Assembly: GCA_964016885.1 (NCBI GenBank)
Contig: OZ024743.1
Span: 103,664,001 to 103,728,000, forward strand
Direction of reading: 5' to 3'
Length of the DNA stretch: 64,000 nucleotides
DNA from: Eledone cirrhosa
Lineage: Eukaryota
Numbering within the stretch: position 1 is the first letter of the stretch; every line of letters starts with the position of its first letter. Both the position numbers and the translations under genes were made by a program. Of this stretch, positions 1-12,710 are shown piece by piece. The notes beneath the pieces were generated by a model. That model had not been told where the DNA came from and made no database searches. It saw only the letters and a program-made list of their open reading frames with translations.

Positions 1-501
1 GCAGGCTAATTAGTTATTAAAACTGTGAGCAAGCTAAAATCGAATTATTTTTCGGAACGAATTTTCCGTCAAATGTGCCTTGATAATGATGTGAGGCTTT
101 TGTACCATACTGAAGCACGATACTTGTCAAAATGCAACTGTGCTGTCCGTTTTGGCGAACTATTTGATATAATAATCATTTTTTTTTTTAAAGCACTCCA
201 CTATCCACTTCTCTGATTGCTTCAAAATGTGATATTTTTTCCTTGGCGACATATTTGGTCATATATAAACTACAGTTATAAATAGTCAAGTTTGCTTTCA
301 ATTGTTCTTTAATGCGGTATTAGTACCCGCAACTCTCGTATGTCAGCGTTATTTGTTACCTTTGTTATTTTTTTACTACATCATAAAAGGTCAGTTTACG
401 AAACAGTAATAAATATTTACCAAACATTTTTGGTACGCTTTTGAATATTTACTATACAGGTGGGTAGTGGATGATGACGCAAAAAGGGTTGGGAACCACT
501 G
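1..501 (+). mobile_element. hAT (Buster/Charlie-type) DNA transposon remnant with right terminus
   Basis: ORF 25-216 has LLYHTEARYLSK, like the Buster/ZBED5 LLxHTEVRWLSKG motif. The end GGTTGGGAACCACTG (487-501) is a Charlie-type TIR, followed by the 8-mer GTTTAAAC matching the nnnTAnnn target pattern. Confidence 0.7.
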
Positions 502-1051
502 GTTTAAACCCATCGATAAATTCCTCTCTGGAAGTATCTACCTTCTCTACTTAAAATAATAGGTACCTTATATAAATCTGACCTTTTTCTGTCCCATACG
601 GAAAATAACTACGTACCGAAACCAGGAGGACCTCCAGCAGTAAAATGATGAGAAGGGACTATCCTGTGTATCGTCCGTTTTTCCGTTTTCGTCCACCATG
701 TTTTATTCATTGTGTATTATCTTAGCTACGAGGGACATTTTTCAGTTTTATATCTACTTAAACGTTACGCTATTTTCGTTCTCTATTCTCTTCTCTCTTT
801 CCTTTTCTCACTTTACTTTCTGTGCATACTATCGCTTCTTAGCTAATATGTTGGCTTTTGTTTCTATCTCTTCATTCCAATTGTACCACATTGGTTTGTA
901 GCAAATGTTATTTTATTTGTAAATAGTCGAAAGATCCATCATCCTGCCTTGTGTCCATGTGTTACTGTCACGTGTGCACTGAAGCTAATAGAAGTCGACT
1001 GATATGAAGGGACTGTCCTGTGTTTCGTTCGTTTTATTTGCCCATATTCTT

Positions 1052-1390
1052 TTATTCGTTTTGTATACTCTGAAGACGCCTAAAGTCTCGACGGCGACCG
1101 GTACGAAGAGAAAGCCCCCGGAATTTGCTTGTCTTCCTATCCACTGCATTTTGGGCCGCAGTACCGGGGTTTGTGACCGAAGCGACTAAGTTGGAGGAAG
1201 AGAACGTGTCACAGCATGTGGCATCCCAGATGAGGTGTTTAATTAATTCGAATGGGAAGAGGGTAATTCCATCGAGGTGCTTGTCGTCTCCGCAGTTGAG
1301 GCCTGCTGGCTCCAATTGTAATGGGAAGCCATCTTCATCCAAGCTCCTTCTCAATATGTCGTTGAGAGCGGCATGTTGGGGGAACCGGTC
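1052..1390 (-). mobile_element. CRE-like non-LTR retrotransposon fragment (restriction-like endonuclease domain)
   Basis: EPAGLNCGDDKHLDGITLFPF...LIWDATCCDT...AAQNAVDRKTSKF matches the EPxGL..DGKRPDG..WDATC.DT..K..KY pattern of CRE-type REL domains. Confidence 0.65.
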
Positions 1391-2099
1391 TACAGTGATC
1401 TATGAAAATATTATCAAAATAATTATTTCTAATTTAGGCACAAGGCCAGACATTTCTGGTAAAGGAAAGTCAATTATACCGACTCTAGTACTTGGCTAGT
1501 ACTGCTTTTATGGATTCCTGGAGCAAAGTTGATCTCAGAAAGTAAAGGCCACAGTTCTTGACTAGTACGCTATTTCATCAGCTCAGTAAGGATGAAATTC
1601 AAAATTGACCTCGGCGTGATTTGAAATCAGAATGTAAAGAACAGGAATAGAAACTGCTAAACATTTGCTCGAGGCTCTATCGACTCTATCAATCCTCCGA
1701 TTTATATAAAAAGGAATAACGAAAAAGACGCTATGGTGTATTTATATTATATATCATTATCATGTCTTTTTTTATCAAGCATATCCGAACGTGAGATAAT
1801 TTGATGACTCAGTTTTAAATAAGTTGGATACGTGAGTGACAACATATCTTAATTAGATATTGTAGAAGAAGCGACATATTTAACTACATTTGAAAGTGTG
1901 AAAATTCTATATCGGAAATTTTATTGATTATATCTAAAAAAAAAAAAACCTTTCAACTGTTACATTAATTTATTTATTTCGCAATATTTAAATCTAAACA
2001 TCTAAACTGTTGAGTAAGAAGGCTATTGAGGTAATTGTATTATTCAAACCAATAAATTATCTTTGTATGTATGTATGCATGCATGTATGTATGTATTTA

Positions 2100-3607
2100 T
2101 GTTCTGGTTTTATAATTTCACAAATGTTTGCCAATAGAGAGAGAGTTGGTTTCTAACATAGACACAAGAATCTCTCATTGGAATTTACACAACATCAACT
2201 AGGTAGATATGTATGCATGTCTGTATGGATGCATGTGTAGATATGGATGTTATTGTATGTGTGTATCTGTTTGTTTTGAGTTGTATGTGTGCATGTGTAT
2301 ACGCTTAGTATCTGTACATGTGTATATGCAGTTATTAGATGCAAAACTTTTGGAATGTTTTACATATTTTTTCTGTTCCATTAATGGATTGTACTTGTAA
2401 TTTCCTAACTAGTTGTGTTCTTTCTGCTCCTGTGAAGCCCAGCTTCTCAAGATTTGTATTGAGGCAGTTACTAACATAGCCCAGTGCCCCAATAATTACA
2501 GGCATAAATCTGAAGGTATAGTCAGGGTGGAGTATCTGCAGATTTCTCATCAGTTCTGCATAAATATTTGCCTTTTCGCTAATCTTTGATATTATATTGG
2601 CATCTGCTGGACAGCTAACTTCCACTACTGTGCATGTCTTCTTTTCCCTGTCCCATATAATATCTGGTCTGTTATGCCTGCATTTTATTGGGGTTTTTAC
2701 TGGAACATTCCATCACTACTCTTCCATATTATGTATGTTCTCCACATTGCTGTAGCTTTTAATGTGTTTATTATCGGGCTATCTTTTCTACGGATTGCAT
2801 TTACAGTGTTTTGGCCACTACATCATGCCTCATAGGTAGATAGTACGCGATGACATCTTTGGACAGCTGCTTATGACATGGGTGACATCTTCGATGTTAA
2901 TTCTGCAGAGTCTGCACTTGTTATCACACCTAGATGTTTTGCCTGCATCCCTATCTCTTTTGTGAATCAGGTATTTTGAGTTGATTTCCTGTTCTTGGAT
3001 TGCAAAAGCGTATCCTTTAAAGGGGAGCCAATATAACGGTTGTTTGTCCAAGATAGACTACTTTCTTTATCTATATTACTCTCACTCTGGAGCTTCCTAG
3101 CAACATATCCATGCATGATTTTTTGCTGATAAGCATGCAGTTTTTCATCCATGGATTCACTGTGATACTGCTGAGCGACTTCCCTGGGTGTGAGGTTTTT
3201 ATTATCACACAGGGAATACCTCTCGAGGAGTTCCTTCTCGACTCTCATGATCTTATCTGTTTCATGCAGATAGACTTGCTCGTCCAATTGAGTATTCCCC
3301 AAACGTTGGTGTTAGGACAGACACAGCAAACACATTGTGAGCCACAGTTTTGTTTTGCGCAGAGAGTTCCGATGACCATATCTTTCTTAATCGGGTGTAG
3401 TATTCCCTGGTTACGCTTTCCTTATTACAGATACCATTATAGGATATGTTCTCATCTATCACCAGGTATCTGTAGCAGTCCTCATCAGATATTGGTGAAA
3501 CAGTTAGGCCATTGATGACAATGTTACTAGATTGGGTTGTTGTTTTTCCCCGCTTTACAGTCATATATGAGCATTTATTTTGGCCAAACTCCATTCCTAT
3601 ATCCTTT
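2100..3607 (-). mobile_element. 5'-truncated R4/Dong-like RLE LINE flanked by (CATA)n
   Basis: Broken ORFs: late RT (MEFGQNKCSYM), AIQEQ, CCHC finger (CRLC...HVISSC), REL end (PVIIGALG). (TATG)n lies on both sides. Confidence 0.8.
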
Positions 3608-3683
3608 GTATGTATGTATGTATGTATGTATGTATGTATGTATGTATGTATGTATGTATGTATGTATGTATGTATGTATGTAT
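3608..3683. repeat. (TATG)n microsatellite
   Basis: Directly visible tandem tetranucleotide array. Confidence 0.98.
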
Positions 3684-4892
3684 GGACCTATAACACAAAG
3701 ACACATAAGGCGTGTCTTGGGCATTTTAAAACCAAGCGGAACCCATCCCACTCTAAGTCTGAACACAACTGTTGTCTTCTTTGGAAATAAAGGGAAGAGA
3801 GAATGTAAGAAAATGATATAGAGGAAGAATCGACCCAAGTAATGGGCTGATACTATTTTATCGACCTCGAAAATATAAAAGGTAAAGTTAATCTGAGTAG
3901 GATTTAAACTCAGAATGAATACCGCAAAGTACTCTATCTTGTGTTCTGATGACTATGTCAATGCGCCACCGAAACTTACATAAATACAATTGATATTGAA
4001 TACTTGTAGCACTGTTGCAAAGTTTTAACAGTAAAATCCTTTCGTTTATGCTTTTTTAATTTGTTTTTGCTTGTTTGTTTTTCTTAAAGATAATATGTTG
4101 TGTTACACGTCCTACAATATGCTGTCAATGTTTGTGCAATATGAAACCTTACTATCTGGTCTGCCGATCTATACATTTCAAAGGCATTTAGGTGATCACA
4201 TCACTGTATCAAACAATTTTACAGATCAGGCCACAACTTATTTTCTTATTGACACTAAAAGGTGATGCAAATATACTTCAGAGAAGCGTTATGAGATTTA
4301 TTGTAATTGTTTTCTTGTTTAGTCACAAGTCTTCCAGGTTGTTCTGATCTACAATTAAAAGCCTTCAAACAGCGAAACCTCCCGTCTTTTTTTCACTTGT
4401 TTCTAGGATTACATTTTCTAGTGTGTTCTTTCCCTATTTAAGATGGCAGGTTATTAATTCAAAGGAAGTCAGGCAGGTCACGTAAAGACTTACTTCATTG
4501 TCTGCTAGTCAGAAAGGCGTTGAATAATCAAGTGATGAATGGATTTTTTGCAGGATATGAAATGTCGTTTTATCTTTTCAAGGTGAATTCATCTTGAGAT
4601 CAGCTGAAGCATGTTGTTAAAGGAAAGCTCCCGCGCGTGTGTGTGTATTTGCTTGTGTAAGTTTGTGTACGCATACACACATACGTATGTGGGTGTGTGC
4701 GCGCGCGTTTATGACAAGTACATTGTATTTAGAATCAAACAAAGGAAACACATTTCCAGTCAAGTCTGAATTACGTGGACACGGATTGTACCGTGTCTGT
4801 AGGTGACGGTAGAGAATCGGCTTTACAACTGTATATATATATTATTTTCCTAGCTTCAGTCGATGATATCGACGACAGTAAATATTTTATTT

Positions 4893-5378
<486 letters not shown>

Positions 5379-5462
5379 AGTTATTCCGGGTTCAACCGGG
5401 GGTAACCACAGTAAGTAAGGTACTCAATATATAGCAGAGTATAAATGTTTTAATATAGAAAA

Positions 5463-5511
5463 GCTTCTACAGGACTAGAACTGTTTCATTCGTGAGAAAT
5501 CATCAGGAAGC
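5463..5511 (-). ncRNA. Type I hammerhead ribozyme motif (family A) in a PLE-like mini-element
   Basis: Minus strand reads gcttc CTGATGA tttctcacgaat GAA ACAG ttctagtc CTGT A gaagc: stem I 5 bp, stem III 4 bp, GUA cleavage triplet. Confidence 0.75.
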
Positions 5512-5596
5512 GCCTGATGATTTCTCACGAATGAAAGTTCTAGTCCTGTAGAAGCTTTTCTATATATATATATATACATACAAGTAAATAAACGTA

Positions 5597-5643
<47 letters not shown>

Positions 5644-6105
5644 AAGCACACACACACCCGGATATAACACATGTGCAACCCAAGTAGACGGCACACAGTT
5701 CACAAAAACAAGATGGTGTAGGACAGAAAAAGGGAGAGACACAAAATAACAAATAAGTCACTGAATCACAGAATGTGCGACGAAAGAGCTTTGACAATAA
5801 ACAAACAGCCATACAATCACTAAACTAACCAATTGGAAATTTATAATGAATTGAAGTGAAAACAAAAAAGGTGCGTGTGTTTTTATTGGCAACATGACCT
5901 TCCCAAAGTATAACAATATCTGTTTCAACACACGTTTTCAGATAAGAAATTTTGCAAAACAAATCCCCAAACGAGCTGATGATCCGAATAAGGTGAAACA
6001 ATTGTTCTCGGTAATGGTGAACTATGTCTATATATATATTAGGTGACTCAGTAGATTTGTGGTTTACATGTATTATATGTAAATGTATATACATACTTAC
6101 ATATC

Positions 6106-6138
<33 letters not shown>

Positions 6139-6248
6139 TTGTGTGTGTAGCACAAAGACCGTGTTTAAACATATCAGGAGACTAGCAAGGCTACCCATAT
6201 GTTTATTATATATAAATTTACAGCATATGTCTTCTTACACACCCCTAG

Positions 6249-6426
6249 GATTGGCAGTATCGGTAGAGGGTCGGACGCCATGCTTTGAAGCATAGAGTTA
6301 CCTCCCTTTATGATCTGAGGTCAAATCCCGCCGAGGTTAACTTTGCCTTTCATCCTTACGGGGTCGATAAAATAAAGTACCAGTAATGCACTGATTAATT
6401 GCTGGCCTGGTGCCAAAAGTAGGAAC

Positions 6427-6430
<4 letters not shown>
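6249..6430 (+). mobile_element. tRNA-derived SINE (young family)
   Basis: A box TGGCAGTATCGG, B-box-like GTCAAATCC, shared body CCTTTCATCCTTACGGGGTCGATAAAATAAAGTACCAG; many near-identical copies in the window. Confidence 0.9.
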
Positions 6431-6492
<62 letters not shown>

Positions 6493-6637
6493 TTAGTTAG
6501 CAAAACAAGACCACAAATTTCACAAGGAAGACATTATTAAAAGATTGTCAACATATTTTAGTTTGATGTAAGGAATGTAGAGAATAATAATAATATTAAT
6601 AATAATAATATAATTAATAATAATAATAATATTAATA

Positions 6638-6824
6638 ATTGTTTCTACTTTTGGCACTAGGCCAGCAATTACCCAGTGCATTACTGGCACTTTATTTTAT
6701 CGACTCCGTAAGGATGAAAGGCAAAGTCAACCTCGGCGGGATTTGAACTCAGATCGTAAAGGGACGTAACTATACTGGAAAGCATGGCGTCCGACCCTCT
6801 ACCGATACTGCCAATTCACCGCCC
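6638..6824 (-). mobile_element. tRNA-derived SINE (young family), full length with (ATT)n tail
   Basis: Reverse complement of the same family; A box and GTTCAAATCC B box; tail runs into the (AAT)n at 6583-6640. Confidence 0.9.
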
Positions 6825-6910
6825 TTAATATGAATAATAATAATGTAATATTATTAATAATAATAATCTCCTATCTCCATCTCTCTCTTTAAGATTGGTT
6901 ACTCTTGAGC

Positions 6911-6977
<67 letters not shown>

Positions 6978-7039
6978 GGAACGATCGACTTTCGTCGAAT
7001 CGGACCGAGGGAACAATGTTTCCGTTGGTCTTTCCAATT

Positions 7040-7131
7040 GCTAATACTATCTATCGGTCGCAACTCCAGGTAGAAGGAGCAACGTGAAATAAAGTGTCTT
7101 GCTCAAGGACATAACGCATCGCCTGGTCCAG

Positions 7132-7134
<3 letters not shown>
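7040..7134 (-). mobile_element. Second SINE family (CORE-like body), fragment
   Basis: Shares the ...GCAA(G/A)AC(A/G)CTTTATTTCACGTTGCTCC body with copies at about 22125-22310 and 24757-24875, which have tRNA-like heads. Confidence 0.6.
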
Positions 7135-7223
<89 letters not shown>

Positions 7224-7257
7224 GGATTTAAATGGATACAGTTTAGTTAAAAGGAAT

Positions 7258-7378
7258 TTATTGACACGTGTTTCAATAACAGTTACATAACCTGAAAACA
7301 GCTGCTATCTACAAAGTATTAGTTATGCAGACATTCAATATTTCAATGTTATTATCAACTGTCATTTCATCAGAATAA
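7258..7378 (-). ncRNA. Type I hammerhead ribozyme motif with long stem II
   Basis: Minus strand reads ttatt CTGATGA aatgacagttg...taactgttatt GAA ACACGTGT C aataa: canonical core, 11-bp stem II, palindromic stem III, GUC site. Confidence 0.85.
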
Positions 7379-7707
7379 TTTTACTGAGGACCTGTTTGGT
7401 TTTTATAGAGAATATTAGGAGGGAGGGGTGAAGTTGTTAGAAGAATAGTTGAGGGAGTGGTTTTTTGATAGCAGTGAGAATTTTTGGTGGCAGTGAGTAA
7501 TTAGATTCCCATCTGTTGTTTTGACATTTTTATAGAATTTATTATTGGTTATTTTTCTAAATCTATAGAAGGATTAGAGATAGTATAGATATGCCTGGTT
7601 GGTTTTGTGTTTGCACTTAATTAACATTCAGACTTAAATTTTTTTCTTTCTACGTGAGCTGTCCATCTACTGTGTGTAATATTTATATTACAACACTACG
7701 GAAAATA

Positions 7708-7752
<45 letters not shown>

Positions 7753-7776
7753 TTATCTATTCTTTAAATCATCAGG

Positions 7777-7825
7777 GCTCCCTGATGATTTCTCCCGAAT
7801 GAAACAGTTCTAGTCCTGTAGAAGC
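7777..7825 (+). ncRNA. Hammerhead motif (family A copy)
   Basis: gctcc CTGATGA tttctcccgaat GAAACAG ttctagtc CTGTA gaagc; same downstream flank as the 5380-5510 element. Confidence 0.7.
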
Positions 7826-8390
7826 CATTTCTATATTCAATATTTATACTCAGCTATGTATTGAGTATCTTATTTACTGTGGTTATCCCCGATCCCGATT
7901 GAACCCGGGATAAACATTTTTTTTTCTCTCTCTGGAAGAAATCGGCTGTGCTTAGACTTAGATAAGGGAGAATCTGTGCCCAGGTCTTTTCTTGATAATG
8001 CACCGGACACGCTCTATGTCACTACAGTGACCCTACCATTCCATCAGAAGTTACAGTTCCATACGTATAATATTGTGTGTATAAGTGAGTAGCAAGAAAT
8101 GGCGTCGGAAGCTATGCTAATATCAAATTCTAATTTAGGCACAGGGCGACCATTTGTTATTTAAGAGAGATTTCACTGCTATCTCTAACAAGTGGACCTA
8201 TCACATAAGGGCTCCTTGGAGAATAGATAGTAGTGAAAAGTTTAGGCCTTGCTGAGACTTATTTCTAATCTTTTTAAATAAGGATGTCGGAGATATTTAT
8301 TTATTTAATCAATTTAAACATTCGTTTAGCGATAGTAAACCATGACAAACTAGAAGAGGTATCTAATACCCCTTAAAAAAACAAAATCGG

Positions 8391-8460
<70 letters not shown>

Positions 8461-8929
8461 GAAGAAAACAAAAAAGAAGCATGAATGAAAAAAGTGGAAA
8501 AATAGGACAACTGTAAAGCAGCTAAGATAGATTCCTGCCTTGTAGATCATTATAATCCAGAAAATAAAAAAATAAACTTATGCCTAACTTGTTGAATATC
8601 TGCAATAATTTCTATTCGTTCACCAAACTTTTGTTTATTCATTAACTTCTATGTAATTGCTAATATGACTACCACTCTAATCTTCAGTTCAATGGTTACT
8701 GTAGTTAGCAATTAATTCTCAATAATGTTTCTCTCATAAATGTCATACATATTAACTCAGCTGTAGAAATTGTTGTTATGGTGCACTCTCTATTTAATAA
8801 ACTCTCGTCTCTGAGAAATACTTTTTCTAAAACCATATCAGGAAATCTTTATTCAACAAATTTTAATTAGATTACATAATGTTCGCAAAAAAAATTAAAT
8901 ATTGAAAATAAGTGCGAGAAACAGATCCT

Positions 8930-9130
8930 ACACCCCAGTCAAGACGGTATATCCCAGCTGCGCTCCGTGGATAAAATGGCGAAAGCATTGCTGCGAAGAA
9001 TAGCTAGTGACAGTCGCTGCACCAGCCGCTCCATCTTCCGATGTTCCTTCATCAGGTGGGATGCACTCCTCCTAATATTGTGGGCCGAGGGCGGCAACGT
9101 CGATCAAGCTATCGGTCAAGTTCCGATATT
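8930..9130 (-). mobile_element. CRE-like LINE extreme 3' fragment
   Basis: Minus-strand translation RLVQRLSLAILRSNAFAILS resembles the terminal QRISIAIQRGNA motif of CRE-type ORFs; locally GC-rich. Confidence 0.55.
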
Positions 9131-10139
9131 TAGATATATTTAAAATAACTAACGCCTCCGTCTTTAAAACAAATGTAATTTGGTATGCCATTATAAGGGG
9201 AAAGGTCCGAGGTTTCCCTCAAAGTTCTCTATTGGTTGAGACATCTTAAGCTTGGAAAACAACGGCATACAATTTCTGCTTTGCTGGGTGGAGATAGATT
9301 GTCTTACATAATCTATCTCCACCCAGCAAAGCAGACTCACAGATTTGTACACAGATGGCATCATATTAAAGTATCCACACACACAGCTGCTGCACTGGTA
9401 CAAACCTATGTTGAAATAACACAAAACAACACCTCATTTAACTAAAGTTTGCATACAGATTAAATACATAAGCAGACCATAAAGTCAATAAAACATCAAT
9501 ATATTTTTTTTATCTAACTGAATATTTTAAGTTTACATTTCATTGCTCTTAAAATATCCCACACCTTTTTTATGTAGTTAAATGTAACGAAATAATGATT
9601 TCTGATTTGGGCACAAGATCAGTAATTTGGGGGGGAAAATTGATTGTATCAATCTCAGCGCTTTTGTTGTGCTTTATTTTACCGACCTCGGAAGGAAGAA
9701 AGGCAAAGTTTACCTAGTTGGAACTTGAACTCAAAACGTAAAGAGGAGAAAGAAATTTCGTCGGTCGTTCAAAGGATTCCGCCAATCCACTGTCCAGGTT
9801 ATTCTATTGGTCATAGGAGCTTAGGCCTCTATACCACTAAAACTGAGAGGGGATAACTTAAGCAATTATACCTCGAATCATTTGTTGATTGCTCTCCTAC
9901 AAAAGGTTGGTATGTTAAATACTGCACATTTACCCAGGAAAGTACTGTCTCTCTAAGGTCCTCTAAGGACTGTCAGACTGTAGAAGATCCTGTAGTTATC
10001 ATAGCTACTGTGAAAACTATTTAATAATATTAATAATAATTCTTTCTAATATTACTGTGGATTATTATTTAACTATAAAGCGAGATAATTGTGAGAGTCG
10101 AGAAAATACTCCTGCATTTTATTAGTTCAAAACATCGTG

Positions 10140-11540
10140 GACTGGAAGGATAGGTAGAGCGTTAGATAAAATGTTATTGTGGCAGTTGTTCTGGTTCTTT
10201 GCATTCTGAGTTCAAATCACGCCAAGTTCAACTTTGCCTTTCATCCTTCTCGGGTCGATATAATGTATCACAAGTAAAGTACTGGGGAAGATATAATCTA
10301 CTTTCCATCCACATAAATTTCTGGCCTTTTATCAACATTTCAAAAAAAGGCTTTGTAGTATTTAGTTACGGCTTTCTACTTTCTAAGTTCAAATCCCGCC
10401 GTGGTTAGCTTTATCTTTCAGCCTTACGGGGTCGATAAAATAAGGCACCAGTAATGCACTGGTGTCGATTTAATTGACTTTACCTTCCCCCAAATTACTG
10501 GCGTTGTGCCTATACTAGAACTCATTATTATTTCTTTTATCTCGTGTTTTGTTGGAACAGTAGATTCTTGCATGAGTAGTGAGCTTGCTACCTGCAGCCT
10601 ACACTGCCATGCTATTTTTTCTCCTCGACTATCTAATACTTTCTTGGTAATTCTGGCCATGCCAAGGAGGCAAACTTTTAGCTCTACTGGACACTCTATT
10701 ACCATTTTCTTTATGTTACTCTCAATATCCAAATAACTGTCCCCAAGGCCCCAACATCAATCGGCACTATCTTCACCTTTCTGGGTTAGTTTTACCTTTC
10801 AGCCTTACGGGGTCGATAAAATAAAGCACCAATAACGCACTGGGGTCAATTTAATCTACTTTCCCCTCTCCGAATATTGTTGGACTTGTGCCTAAATCAG
10901 AAACCATTATTATTAAATGGTTAGCACAACCAATATGGTTTTTATTAGATCTTCTACTGCAAGTTTCAACAAGGACCTTAGAAAGACAGTATTTTCCTAT
11001 GTGTATGTGCAATTCCCAGTAGAGTAGAGTAAATCGTTAGAGTAGCTTTTGGTCACACATATATTCTGAACAACATTAATTAAATATTATTATGTAGCAA
11101 CTAAAAATGGGCGGTGTATTGGCAGCCTCAGTAGAGCGTCGGACAAAATGGCTTGCAGCATATAAATACGGGAATTTATGTTCTGAGTTCAAATCCCGTT
11201 AAGGCTGAGCTTTGCCTTTCATCCTTACGAGGTCGATAAAATATAGTACCATATAAAGTACTAGGGTCGATATAATCGATCTCTGCCTTCCCACAAATTG
11301 CTGAAATTTTTGCCAAATTTAGAATTAATTATTTCACCACAGAATTGGTAGAACCTTGGAAAAATGTTTTGTGATATTTCTTCTGAATCATTACATTATG
11401 AGTTCAAATCCCTCCGAGATCAACTTTGCCTTCCACCCTTCCTGGGCTGATAAATTAAGTGGCAATTAAGTACTAGGATCGATATAATTGAAATTTCTAT
11501 TCCCGAAATTACTAGCCTTGTTTCTAAATCAGAAATAATT
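10140..11540 (+). mobile_element. Cluster of older, diverged tRNA-SINE copies
   Basis: At least five copies of the SINE body (...CCTT(T/C)CA..CCTT...GATA...), most preceded by GTTCAAATC, with about 15-25% divergence estimated by eye. Confidence 0.75.
10533..10783 (-). mobile_element. R4/Dong-like LINE 3' fragment at a SINE (ATT)n tail
   Basis: IECPVELKVCLLGMARITKKVLD is the terminal REL motif; its 3' end abuts the ATTATTATT of the preceding SINE. Confidence 0.7.
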
Positions 11541-12710
11541 ATTTTTCTACATTTAATTACACGAAAAACAGCAATATAATAGCTTTCCCTTTTCTACACC
11601 ACATAAAAGTAAACGGCAGGCATGTTACTGCATTTAAAATGTGCATTCACTTTCACAACATAAGACTGGCGTTGTTTGTCTATTATATCTTGAATTGGTG
11701 TAAAAGCTCAGGCGTTGTTCTTATGTGGGTCATGGCAACAGATTTCATTTTACTTAGTGGTGTCAACAACCTACAAACTGCATTTACTTACAGCAGCAGC
11801 CTTGGTGTTTGCAACTTGCAAGTTTCTATTAATAAACAGAACATATCAGTTAAAAACTCATTCCCATCATGTAATCTATTGCTTGTTTGTCTGCCTGGTT
11901 GCGTATCTCATACGGACTTTGCTTATTTCCTACACAGTCTTTAACAAGTATTTGCAAATTTAACTTGCAAGTTTTGTTCAAATACATTAATGAAAATAGA
12001 GTTCGGGATTTTTTATGTTAATTTGTTTTACTTGATTCAATAACAGAGCAGTTGAGGTTTTCAGATGCCCACGTGTCTTTTATAAAAGAAATTAAATGTG
12101 AGTGTAGAAAAAAATGGTTATACATCGATAACCAAACCTTTGATTCTAAAGTTCATATAAGTATGATATAAACGAATTAAAGAAACAAAGTTTTAATAAC
12201 TTCAACCTTTAAAAACTTTTATTCTGTTTGGAAATGCAATATTGCTGTCTTGCACAAGTGTATGCATGTATCGGCATGTGAGTTCTGAAGGAGTCGTAAG
12301 GGAGCTGTCGTGACATATGGCGAGTCTCGAGCATTTGGAACATGGTGAAACACATTTCTCTCCTGATCTGAACACAGCTGATTTCTTCCAGTGAAACGGA
12401 CAGAGAAAGGAGGGGAAACAGATATATAGAGGAGGAAACAACCTCAATACTGGACTGTTTTATCGTCCTTGAAAAGAGGAACGGAAATGCTGACCTCGGC
12501 GGGATTTGAACTCAGAATGAAGAGGGGTGAAAAGGATACAGCAAAGCATTCGATCGGACGTTCTAACAACTAAACCAATTTGCCACCTTCATATCGAGTG
12601 TGATGTGTGTATGTTGTATTTGTGAAGCACTGTGAAGTTATGTCTTTTGTATGTATTGTAGTTGTTGTGGTAGATGCTGTTGTAGTGTCGGTTATTCTTT
12701 CTTTTCTGTT

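Noticed and set aside
11639-11963. ORFs of 82-101 aa in non-repeat sequence (also 23277-23462 and 60161-60352)
   Set aside because: No recognisable motif, and length is compatible with chance or decayed transposon sequence.
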